From a bacterium (GTDB taxonomy: Bacteria > J088 > JAWLBW01): a stretch of DNA of 64,000 bases. The stretch is from positions 124,001 to 188,000 of the forward strand of contig JAWLHK010000002.1 in assembly GCA_041690355.1 (NCBI GenBank). Reading direction: 5' to 3'. Positions 46,091-54,432 of the stretch are shown here, piece by piece. The stretch's first letter is position 1. The number at the start of each line of letters is the position of its first letter. Under the pieces are notes generated by a model. That model searched no databases and had not been told where the DNA came from. It saw only the letters and a program-made list of their open reading frames with translations. A program made the translations under genes and the position numbers.

Positions 46091-48332
46091 GTCTGCGTTC
46101 CTTCGTACGGATCGTTTTCAGGAGGGGAATTATCACCAGGGCGCCGAATGCGGCGGTGAACATCGAAACGACCGAGATCATCCCGAGCTTCCGGATAGGC
46201 TCGAACTCACTCAGCGAGAGCACGGCAAGCCCGCCGGCGACGGCAAAGGCGTTGAACAGAATCGGGCGGCCCACCTCGTGCACGGTTTCGCGCACCCGGG
46301 AGGCGCGGTCGAGGTCAGACAACAGGTCCCAGCGGGCGAGGATGTGGATGCCATAGTCGACCCCCACGCCGATCACGATGCTCGAAATCAGGGCCGTCGC
46401 GATGGTGAGGGGAATGCCGAGAATGCCCATGGTGCCGAAGACGCCCAGGATGGCGACCGCGAGGGGGATGAGACCCTCGAGTCCCTCGACGGCGCTGCGG
46501 AAGAGCAGGGCGCAGATGACGAAAACGAAGCCGAGGCTGAGCGCCAGGCTGACGATGGAGCTTTCGAGCACCAGCTCGCTCAGCTCCGACACCATGAGGG
46601 CCTTGCCGGTCAGCAGAACCTCGGTTCCCGGCAGCTCTTCGGCGAGCGCCGTGCGAATCTGCGCCAGGACGGCATTGAGCGCATCCGGATCCATGTTGGG
46701 CAGGCGCACCGTGATGCGCAGCGCCTGGCCGTCGGTGGCCACGAGCCGCTGAAAGCGATCGGGCGAGCCCGAGATACTGTAGAGCAGCATCGATTGCGAG
46801 AGCATTTCGCGGTCGCCGGGAATGCCAGGCGTGCCGGTCAGGGTCTCCTGGATGCGGCTGACGACGTGCGCCACGCTGTCGACCGAACCGACCTCGGGAA
46901 TCTCGTTGACGCGCGCGGCAAAGCGATGCACGCCGGCGACGAGTGCGGGATCCCGCGAGTCGCCGCGCACGAGGATCTCGACCGGGGCGCTGCTCTGGAA
47001 GTTCGCGTCGATGGACTCTGCGGCGACGCGCACCGGGTAATCCTGAGCGAACATCATCTCGGGGGTGACTTCTTTCTTGAGCTGCGGCAGCCCGATGCCC
47101 GCGAGCGCGCCGATGACGAGCACGACGACGGCTACGGTCAGGCCCACGCGGCGGGTCGTGAAGGCCACGAGCGGCTCGAGAAGATGATCCATGCCGCCCC
47201 GTTCTTCGGCCGGGCGCACGCGAGGCGCCGGAAGCAGAAGCAGGATGGAGGGGAGGATGAAGGTGCTGAGGCCCCAGGCCCACATGACGCCGACGGCGAC
47301 GACAACGCCGAGGCCTCCCATGGGCGGAATGGGCGAACCCAGGAGACCGAGAAAGGCGGCGGCCGTCGTCACGCTCGTCATGAGCACGGGCAGCGCCAGC
47401 TCGCTGACGACCTGGCCCACGGCGTCTTCGCGCGACAGGCCGGTGCGCAGCTTCTGGTAGTAGACCGAGAGCATGTGAATCGCATCGCCGCACGCGACGG
47501 CGAGAATCAGCACGGGAAAGGTATTCGTCTGGGCCGAAAGGGGTATGCCCAGCAGCCCCATGCTCCCCCCCGCCGGCACGATGCTCAGCAGCACGGTCGT
47601 CAGGGTGAGAATGACCCCCGAAACGGTGCGCAGGGCCAGAAAGAGAATCGCGATCAGGACCACCGAGACGACGGGGATGAGCTTGAGCAGATCGTCCTTG
47701 ATGATGGCATCGGTTCCGGTGCGCACCGGCGCCATCCCCGTAATCTGCACGTCGTAGCCCGCGAGCATGGCATCGGTGACTTCGCGGATGCCCGCCAGAA
47801 GCTCCTCGTCGTCGACGATGGGTTTCGGGTCGTAGTAGATGGCGTGGGTGTCGGCGTCGACCGAGACGAAAGCCTTGCGGATGTCTTCGTCTGCAAAAGT
47901 CGCCTCGCGAATCGCCTGTCCGTCTTCGGCCGTCTTCGGCGCCGACTCCATGATTTTTTCAATGACCAGATTGCCGTCTTCGTCGCGCAGAAACCGGTCG
48001 GCGGTGGCCAGGCTCTGGACCCGCGTCGCCCCTCGCGTGCGGGCGAGCTTGCGGGTCACTTTGCGCAGATCGTTCAGGACGGCCGGCTCGAAGGCATCCC
48101 GCTCCGGATGACGCACGGCGATGACGAGGGTTTCGCTCGAGCCGAAGATGTCTTCCAGCTCGTGCAGGGCGACGCGCACGGGATTGTCTTCGGCAATCGT
48201 GTCCTTCAGGTCGTTGTTGATCGTGATGCGGGCCGCGCCCGCACCGGCGAGAAGGGTGAGCGTCAATCCGATGCCGAGGATCCATCGCGGGTAAGCGACA
48301 ATCCGGCGGGAGAGCATTCGACCGAAACCCAA
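46071..48332 (-). CDS. MMPL/RND family transporter
   Basis: Two repeats of 1 TM + periplasmic domain + 5 TM; GVGVDYGIH, MTSVTTAAAF. TTG start with GGAGG SD. Confidence 0.9.
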   Translation of the reverse strand: MGFGRMLSRRIVAYPRWILGIGLTLTLLAGAGAARITINNDLKDTIAEDNPVRVALHELEDIFGSSETLVIAVRHPERDAFEPAVLNDLRKVTRKLARTRGATRVQSLATADRFLRDEDGNLVIEKIMESAPKTAEDGQAIREATFADEDIRKAFVSVDADTHAIYYDPKPIVDDEELLAGIREVTDAMLAGYDVQITGMAPVRTGTDAIIKDDLLKLIPVVSVVLIAILFLALRTVSGVILTLTTVLLSIVPAGGSMGLLGIPLSAQTNTFPVLILAVACGDAIHMLSVYYQKLRTGLSREDAVGQVVSELALPVLMTSVTTAAAFLGLLGSPIPPMGGLGVVVAVGVMWAWGLSTFILPSILLLLPAPRVRPAEERGGMDHLLEPLVAFTTRRVGLTVAVVVLVIGALAGIGLPQLKKEVTPEMMFAQDYPVRVAAESIDANFQSSAPVEILVRGDSRDPALVAGVHRFAARVNEIPEVGSVDSVAHVVSRIQETLTGTPGIPGDREMLSQSMLLYSISGSPDRFQRLVATDGQALRITVRLPNMDPDALNAVLAQIRTALAEELPGTEVLLTGKALMVSELSELVLESSIVSLALSLGFVFVICALLFRSAVEGLEGLIPLAVAILGVFGTMGILGIPLTIATALISSIVIGVGVDYGIHILARWDLLSDLDRASRVRETVHEVGRPILFNAFAVAGGLAVLSLSEFEPIRKLGMISVVSMFTAAFGALVIIPLLKTIRTKERRHENILR

Positions 48333-48369
48333 GGGGACCTCCAGGAAGAGGGGATACCGAAACGGCGTT

Positions 48370-48404
48370 TGTCAAAAGTTTACTATTTGGTAAAAATATG
48401 TCAA
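48370..48404 (-). promoter_or_regulatory. Promoter of the MMPL operon with an overlapping palindromic operator
   Basis: Minus strand TTGACA (48404-48399)-16 bp-TAAACT (48382-48377); near-palindrome TTTACTATTTGGTAAA at 48379-48394. Confidence 0.65.
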
Positions 48405-48532
48405 ATTATTTTGAGTCCGGGCGCGGGAGGGTGTTCCCTCCTCCGTTCGCCGCGGGTCCCGTCGCGTGATAGAGTGCTAGCGCACAGGGCTGCAGAACGC
48501 CGTCGTCAAACCTGCTTCCTTCGAGGTCGCCC

Positions 48533-49192
48533 ATGCAGAACTACTCCCGCTTTTCTCCTCGCTTTCTGGCCGCGCCGTTGCTCGCTTTGCTCCTCGCGGC
48601 GCTGGGGCAGCCTGCCGTCGCCGAAGAGGCCCCCGCCGCGCCGCGCGAACTCGTGCGCAAGGCGCTTCGCCAGCGTCTCGACGGTCTGAAGACCGCGAAG
48701 TGGAAGCATGATATCTGGGCGACCAACGGCGAAGACGAACAGCACACCATCGGCGAAGCCTACTGGCGCGACGACGGGCGCATCCGTATCGACATCGTCG
48801 GCGGCGACAACAAGGGGGGCACGGCCATTCTCGTCGGCGACAAGGTCGTGGGCTGGAAACGCGGCATGCTCTCTTTCGCGAAGCTCTCCTTCGAGTACAC
48901 GAACAAGCGGGTTCTCTCCGTGCGCGGACAGACGATGAAGATGAGCGGGTTTCTCGACGATTTCCGGGCCATTCTCGAACAGGACGACGCCGTCGTGACC
49001 GCGGCCTCGAAAGACGAGTTCGTCGTCGACTACCGCGGCGATCAGGGATTTCCGACCCGCATGTGGCTGCGGTTGTCCGAGCTGTATCCCTATCGGATCG
49101 AGGTGCGCGAAGGCGACAAGGTCGTCGAAAAGCACGTCTACTCCGATGTCGAATACAACCCGTCGCTCGACGCCGACCTCTTCGAGCCCTGA
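48533..49192 (+). CDS. Exported LolA-fold-like hypothetical protein
   Basis: Signal peptide (AVA), SD GAGG; C-terminal YSDVEYNPSLDADLF is typical of LolA-like carriers. Confidence 0.65.
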   Translation: MQNYSRFSPRFLAAPLLALLLAALGQPAVAEEAPAAPRELVRKALRQRLDGLKTAKWKHDIWATNGEDEQHTIGEAYWRDDGRIRIDIVGGDNKGGTAILVGDKVVGWKRGMLSFAKLSFEYTNKRVLSVRGQTMKMSGFLDDFRAILEQDDAVVTAASKDEFVVDYRGDQGFPTRMWLRLSELYPYRIEVREGDKVVEKHVYSDVEYNPSLDADLFEP

Positions 49193-49245
49193 CTTCGCCG
49201 CCGGACAGGCTCGCGCTGCGGGGCGCCCGCCGTTAGCATTGCGGC

Positions 49246-50223
49246 ATGGAGATTGCGGGTGCGGTCGTCGTCATCACGGGGGCGAGCAGCGGTCTGGGCC
49301 GCGCGACGGCGCATGCCTTTGCAAAGGAATCCGCCCGCCTCGTGCTGGCGGCCCAGGTGCCCGAGCCGCTCGAGGACGCGGCCCGCGAGTGCCGGGCCTT
49401 CGGCGCAGAAGCCATCGCGGTTTCTGCCGACCTGACCCGAGAAGGCGACGTCGACCATCTGGCGCGTCAGGCGGTCGAGCGCTTCGGCCGCATCGATGTC
49501 TGGATCAACAACGCCGCCGTCACTTCCTTCACCCCTCTGGTCGGCGAGCTCTTCGAGCCGAGCCGCGAAGTCATCGAAACGAATCTCTTCGGCACGATGT
49601 ACGGCGCGCGCACGGCCCTGACGCAGTTCGAGCGCCAGGGGCGCGGCGTGCTGATCAACGTCGGTTCGGTGCTCAGCTTCATCGGGCACCCCTTCGTCCC
49701 GGCCTATGCCATCAGTAAATTCGCCGTTCGCGGGCTGACCGAGAGCCTGCGGGTTGCCTATGCCGAAAAGAAGGACATTCACATCTGCGGCATCTACCCG
49801 TACGCCATCGATACGCCGCACATGGAGGCGGCCGGCAACCGCATCGGCCGCCGCGCCCTGCCGCTCCCGCCCGTACAGTCGCCCGAGAAGGTGGCCCGGG
49901 CCATCGTCGACCTTGCGCGCCACCCGCGGCATGAAGTCTTCGTGCCGCGCTTCATCCGCATGGCCGTCTATGTGAAATCGCTGCTGCCCGATACGACCGA
50001 CGCCGTACTTCTGCGAACGCTCGATCGCTTTCACCTCGGGCGGCCGGTAACCTCCAACGACGGGCAGCGCGATGGCGCTCGCGCGCCACATCGCGTGCAT
50101 GGGAATGCAGGCGAATCGAAGTCGACCCCGCGCGTCGCGCTGGGGGCCGCCGGCGAGACGGTGCGCGTGGTGGTCCGTAAGGCGCGCCGCCGGCTGCGCC
50201 CCCGCGTGTCAGACCGGCCGTGA
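49246..50223 (+). CDS. Short-chain dehydrogenase/reductase
   Basis: ITGASSGLG, DVWINNAA, YAISK. Confidence 0.9.
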   Translation: MEIAGAVVVITGASSGLGRATAHAFAKESARLVLAAQVPEPLEDAARECRAFGAEAIAVSADLTREGDVDHLARQAVERFGRIDVWINNAAVTSFTPLVGELFEPSREVIETNLFGTMYGARTALTQFERQGRGVLINVGSVLSFIGHPFVPAYAISKFAVRGLTESLRVAYAEKKDIHICGIYPYAIDTPHMEAAGNRIGRRALPLPPVQSPEKVARAIVDLARHPRHEVFVPRFIRMAVYVKSLLPDTTDAVLLRTLDRFHLGRPVTSNDGQRDGARAPHRVHGNAGESKSTPRVALGAAGETVRVVVRKARRRLRPRVSDRP

Positions 50224-50742
50224 CTCTCCATGCCTCCGCAGGGCGAGCCGCAGTTCGTCGGCGGTGAACGGGAGCGTCGCGAACGTTAGCGCGCTGATGC
50301 TCAGGCACCATATGCAGTAGTAGTGCAGATCGCGAAACTGAATGCGCACCAGACGCGAGGCGTTGGCGGAATCGAAGAAGGACTTCGCGAAGGCAAGTCC
50401 CGGCAGCCAGGGCTTCGTCCGGCCCCGGTCGGCGGGGCCCGCCGCCACCAGCAGCATGGTGACCGCGTAGCTGAACACGCCGAGCGCGGCATCGGGGGTT
50501 TCGAAGAGGTAGCCTTCGCCCGAAGAACTGACCGCCTCGGCCTGAAACCGCCTCGCCCGAAGGTCGGGTAACCGCCGGATGGCCCCCAGCTGAAACAGCG
50601 ACAGCATGCCGAGCAGGCCGGTGGCCGCCAACGTCAGCGTGAACGCGGCGCGCCGGTCTCGCATCTCCGGCGAACGCGTCTTGCGCAATCGCCTTCCCAG
50701 AGCGATCTTCTCGGGCCTGAATACGCGCTTGACCTCCCGCAT
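50209..50742 (-). CDS. Vitamin K epoxide reductase (VKOR) family membrane protein
   Basis: PDAALG segment; CIWC redox motif at the start of the last TM helix. Confidence 0.75.
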   Translation of the reverse strand: MREVKRVFRPEKIALGRRLRKTRSPEMRDRRAAFTLTLAATGLLGMLSLFQLGAIRRLPDLRARRFQAEAVSSSGEGYLFETPDAALGVFSYAVTMLLVAAGPADRGRTKPWLPGLAFAKSFFDSANASRLVRIQFRDLHYYCIWCLSISALTFATLPFTADELRLALRRHGESRPV

Positions 50743-50849
50743 GCCTGCCGTTGTCGCATGACACGGAGGCGCAAGTACAGTGCGATCGTTACCGTGAAGA
50801 GGGCCGCAGTACCGGGCGGCTTTGAATTGGACGGTCGTCCGGGGGTACG

Positions 50850-51368
50850 ATGAGCCTGATGACCGTGATCTACACGCTCTCCGTCTGGCTGCACATTCTG
50901 GCCGCGTCCGTCTGGGTCGGCGGCATGGGATTTCTCGTGCTCGTCATCGTTCCGCAGCTGCGTGCCTCGCCGGGGAACTTACCGGGCAATGCCGCGCTGG
51001 TGCACACGCTCGCCATGCGTTTTCGCAAGGTAGGCTGGGGGGCGCTCTGGGTGCTCCTGCTGACCGGACTCATCAACATGGCTTTTCGCGGCCTGCTGAC
51101 CATCGATCTTTTTACGCCCGCCGGGTGGGAAAATCCGATCATCCGGGCCATGGGCGTCAAGCTCGCTCTCGTGGCCGCCATGATGGGCTGGAGTGCCTGG
51201 CACGACTATCGGGTCGGCCCGCGGGCCACGGCCGTCATGCAGGCGGCCCCCGATTCGGCGCGCGCGATGCAGATGCGCCGCACAGCCGGCCGCATGGGCC
51301 GCATCACGGCTCTTCTTTCGCTGATCATCGTCTGGGTCGCCGTGCGTCTCGTGCGCGGCGGTTTCTGA
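50850..51368 (+). CDS. CopD/DUF4149-like membrane protein
   Basis: WLHILAASVWVGG, LLLTG, VKLALV, HD. Start 50850 or 50859. Confidence 0.78.
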   Translation: MSLMTVIYTLSVWLHILAASVWVGGMGFLVLVIVPQLRASPGNLPGNAALVHTLAMRFRKVGWGALWVLLLTGLINMAFRGLLTIDLFTPAGWENPIIRAMGVKLALVAAMMGWSAWHDYRVGPRATAVMQAAPDSARAMQMRRTAGRMGRITALLSLIIVWVAVRLVRGGF

Positions 51369-51386
51369 CCGGGCTTTAGAAATCGG

Positions 51387-51722
51387 TCAGGATGACGCTG
51401 TGAGGTGCCGGGCTCTCTCGACCTCGGCCCCCATGCGCCCGGCCCACATCGCATAGTACATGCGGAAATCCGCGCGCAGCGACCACAACCAGTAATCGAA
51501 GCTGGCCGGCTTGTTATTCTCGAAGCCGAAATGGCCGATCCAGGCGAACCCGTATCCGGCGAACGGAGCGGCGGCAAGGAGCCACGGGTTCAGTGTCGCC
51601 GCCGATCCGGCGGCCAGCAGGTGCACAAGCGTGGTGCCGATAAAGTGAAGCCGCCGGCACGTCGGGTTCATGTGCTGCGAGACATAATAAGGCCAGAACT
51701 CTTCATACGTGCGGAACTGCAT
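51387..51722 (-). CDS. DUF962/Mpo1-like protein
   Basis: FWPYYVSQH, RRLHFIGT, FAWIGHFGFENNKPA. Confidence 0.85.
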   Translation of the reverse strand: MQFRTYEEFWPYYVSQHMNPTCRRLHFIGTTLVHLLAAGSAATLNPWLLAAAPFAGYGFAWIGHFGFENNKPASFDYWLWSLRADFRMYYAMWAGRMGAEVERARHLTASS

Positions 51723-51916
51723 GACGAGGCCTCCGTTGGTTCGTCCGGAGCCACAATCATACCGCAAACGGGAACCGCCTGTCAGGCGCTCGACTCCGGG
51801 GTGCCCGAAGCGGCCATGTGGATGGCGCTTTCCAGGTGACGCTCGACGCTTGTCATCCGGGGGGCAGATGCCAGGATGGGAAATGAGCATGTGGTGAAGT
51901 ATCGAAGGAGGCCCCC

Positions 51917-52405
51917 ATGTCTGCTGCCGTAGAGATCATCGACGTGAACGTTTCGCTGCGCAAAGCCTACAACCAGTGGACGCAGTTCGAAGAGTTCCCC
52001 CGGTTCATGGAAGGGATCGAGGAAGTCAGGCAGCTCGACGACAAGCGGCTTGCGTGGAAGGCGCGCATCGCCGGCAAGGAGGAGAACTGGAACGCCGAGA
52101 TCACCGAGCAGGTTCCCGACATGCGCATCGCCTGGAAGAGCACCGGCGGCGCCCACCATGCGGGCGTGGTCACGTTTCACCGCCTGAGCGACGACACCAC
52201 GCGCATCGCCCTGCAGCTCGACTACGAGCCGCACGGCGTCGTCGAAACCATCGGCGACAAGATCGGCCTCGTGCGCCGCCGCATCCACGGCGATCTGGAA
52301 CGTTTCAAGCAATTCGTCGAATCCCGCGGCAAGGAGACGGGCGCCTGGCGCGGCGAAATCCAGCGGCCCGGCGGCGAGGCGGGGCAGGAGCCTCCGGCGC
52401 CGTAA
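51917..52405 (+). CDS. SRPBCC/polyketide cyclase family protein
   Basis: AYNQWTQFEEFPRFMEG, DLERFKQFVESRGKETGAWRG; SD GGAGG. Confidence 0.9.
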   Translation: MSAAVEIIDVNVSLRKAYNQWTQFEEFPRFMEGIEEVRQLDDKRLAWKARIAGKEENWNAEITEQVPDMRIAWKSTGGAHHAGVVTFHRLSDDTTRIALQLDYEPHGVVETIGDKIGLVRRRIHGDLERFKQFVESRGKETGAWRGEIQRPGGEAGQEPPAP

Positions 52406-52479
52406 ACGCCCGCGGCCGACGGCTCGCCCCCCGGCCACCGGTCTGGTTTAATGACCGGTGAATCCCTTGGGGGGCGTTT

Positions 52480-53859
52480 ATGCGGACTACGTTCATCTCC
52501 GGCGCGCTCGGATGTGCGCTTTTTCTCGGCCTTGTCACGTTGCCGACGCGTGCCGCGGCACACGGCATCAACGGTCACGTCTGGGTGACCGACGGCGGCC
52601 TCGCGTTCGTCACCGACTGTACCCTCGCCGTGTGGCTGGCCGACGAAGCCTACCGGCCCATCCTCCAGATCGGCGCTTCATTTCCCGACAGCGGCTATGC
52701 CCTCGACATCGGCCGTGACTACGCCGAGACGGCCCACTGGGAACCGTTCGTCGAGGCATATATCCGGTATCTGCGCGAGCGCCATGGTCCTCCGTACGAT
52801 ACCGAAGAGGCTCGGCGGCTCATCGCCTTTCTCTTCGGACTCTCGGCGCACGGCATGCAGGACGAGGTTTTCGACACGATCTTCATGACGAAGGCGGGAC
52901 AGGTCGAAGGCTCAGGTCAGGACATTCTCGACCCCGGTACCGATTTCATGCTGGTGGCCGACGAGGTCACCAATCTGAAACCTGAAGTCTTTCTCCCCGC
53001 CGGGGACCTGATCGCGATTTTCGCGCGGCCCGACGTCGGCGTGACGGTGACCGCCTCGCAGATGGAGAGCGGCATGACCATCGTGCGCAACGCCGTCATT
53101 CTGCTGGTCGATCAGGACGACACGCTCGACGACGAATATCGCCCCATGCTCCCCTGGACGGCCGAGCACTACCTCGACCAGCGCACCCCCGGGAGCCTGG
53201 AATACGAAAAGACGGTCGGCGGTCCGTATTATGAGTCACTCTGGCGCCGGCTCCACGGCGACTTCCGCTACGAGGATCTGGTCGTGCAGACCGTTCCGCT
53301 CCCGGGCAGCCGCACCTTGTCGACGAGCCACCTCAGCATCGATAGCTGGCCCCACCTGATTTTCGGGTACGGCGTGCACAACGGCTCGCTCAATTCCGAA
53401 ACCGTCGCCCTCCTCGACGAGGCGGGGGTTCCCGTCGCCGCCGACATCCGCTACACCCGCTGGGGGGGCGCCGACGACGTGGGCCGAATCCTTCAGCTCC
53501 GCCCGCAGGCCGATCTGCGGCCCGATGCCGAATACGTTATCGTGCTCAAGCCGGGCGTCCGGTTCGTCGACGGTCGGGTGCTCGATCGCGAGCTTCGTTA
53601 TGCGTTTCGCACGGCATGTGATGCCGGAGCGGGTTGTGCGGCCAATCCGCTGCTGGCGGGTGAGGAGCCGATCTGCCCACCTGAGGGGAGTGTGGCGGGG
53701 CCTGCGCCGGTCGCCGGCGCCGACGGCGGTTGCCGGTCGGCCCGCGGTCCGGGTTCCGATGCGGGGTGGCTCTGGGTTCCCCTCGTGCTCGCCTGGGGGG
53801 GGCGCCGCCTTCAGCCGGCGCGCGTACGCACTTCGGCGAGAATGCGCTCGACCGTCTGA
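52480..53859 (+). CDS. Zn-dependent phospholipase C/P1 nuclease-fold protein with Ig-like domain and C-terminal sorting tail
   Basis: Signal peptide then HGINGH; FPDSGY, AHW, AHGMQDEVFD; Ig-like LRPQADLRPDAEYVIVL; GGC...WLWVPLVLAWGGRR. Confidence 0.72.
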   Translation: MRTTFISGALGCALFLGLVTLPTRAAAHGINGHVWVTDGGLAFVTDCTLAVWLADEAYRPILQIGASFPDSGYALDIGRDYAETAHWEPFVEAYIRYLRERHGPPYDTEEARRLIAFLFGLSAHGMQDEVFDTIFMTKAGQVEGSGQDILDPGTDFMLVADEVTNLKPEVFLPAGDLIAIFARPDVGVTVTASQMESGMTIVRNAVILLVDQDDTLDDEYRPMLPWTAEHYLDQRTPGSLEYEKTVGGPYYESLWRRLHGDFRYEDLVVQTVPLPGSRTLSTSHLSIDSWPHLIFGYGVHNGSLNSETVALLDEAGVPVAADIRYTRWGGADDVGRILQLRPQADLRPDAEYVIVLKPGVRFVDGRVLDRELRYAFRTACDAGAGCAANPLLAGEEPICPPEGSVAGPAPVAGADGGCRSARGPGSDAGWLWVPLVLAWGGRRLQPARVRTSARMRSTV

Positions 53860-54320
53860 TCGACGGTGAGGTCATCTCCTTCGATGACGACGTCGGCGTA
53901 GCGGGTGTAGAGCCGATACCGTTCTTCGAAGAGGTCGTCGAAGGACTGATCGGGGCGTCGGGCGATGCCCCGGGTCTCGTAGTTGTGGATGCGCCGGCGC
54001 AGCGTGTCGAGCGAGACATGCAGGAAAACGACGAGGCCGTCTTCTCTCAGGTGGCGCATGGCCGGATCGCTGTAGGCCGCGCTGCCGCCCGTGGAGATGA
54101 CATGGTTCGAAACATGGAGCGACAACAGCACACGTTCTTCGACGGCCCGCAGGGCGAGGTAGCCTTCACGGTCGATGATTTCCTGCAGCGGCCGCCCTTC
54201 GACGGTCTGAATGAGGATGTCGGTATCGAGAAACTCCTTGGTGAGTTCCTTGGCGAGAAGGACGCCGACGGTGCTCTTGCCCGACCCGGGCATGCCGATG
54301 AGAACGAGGTTCGAAGCCAT
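53811..54320 (-). CDS. aroK: Shikimate kinase
   Basis: GMPGSGKST, DTD, VISTGGS, ERYRLY. Confidence 0.88.
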   Translation of the reverse strand: MASNLVLIGMPGSGKSTVGVLLAKELTKEFLDTDILIQTVEGRPLQEIIDREGYLALRAVEERVLLSLHVSNHVISTGGSAAYSDPAMRHLREDGLVVFLHVSLDTLRRRIHNYETRGIARRPDQSFDDLFEERYRLYTRYADVVIEGDDLTVDQTVERILAEVRTRAG

Positions 54321-54432
54321 GCAATCCACGTGTGAAAAGCGCTCCCCCCGAGGGGAACGGAACGCTACAGAGTACCCGAGCGGCCCCGGTGATGCACGAG
54401 GGTGGGGGCACGGGGGACGGCGCTCACGGCGC

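Noticed and set aside
45804-48689. 961-aa plus-strand ORF
   Set aside because: Antisense to the MMPL operon, which has clear family motifs.
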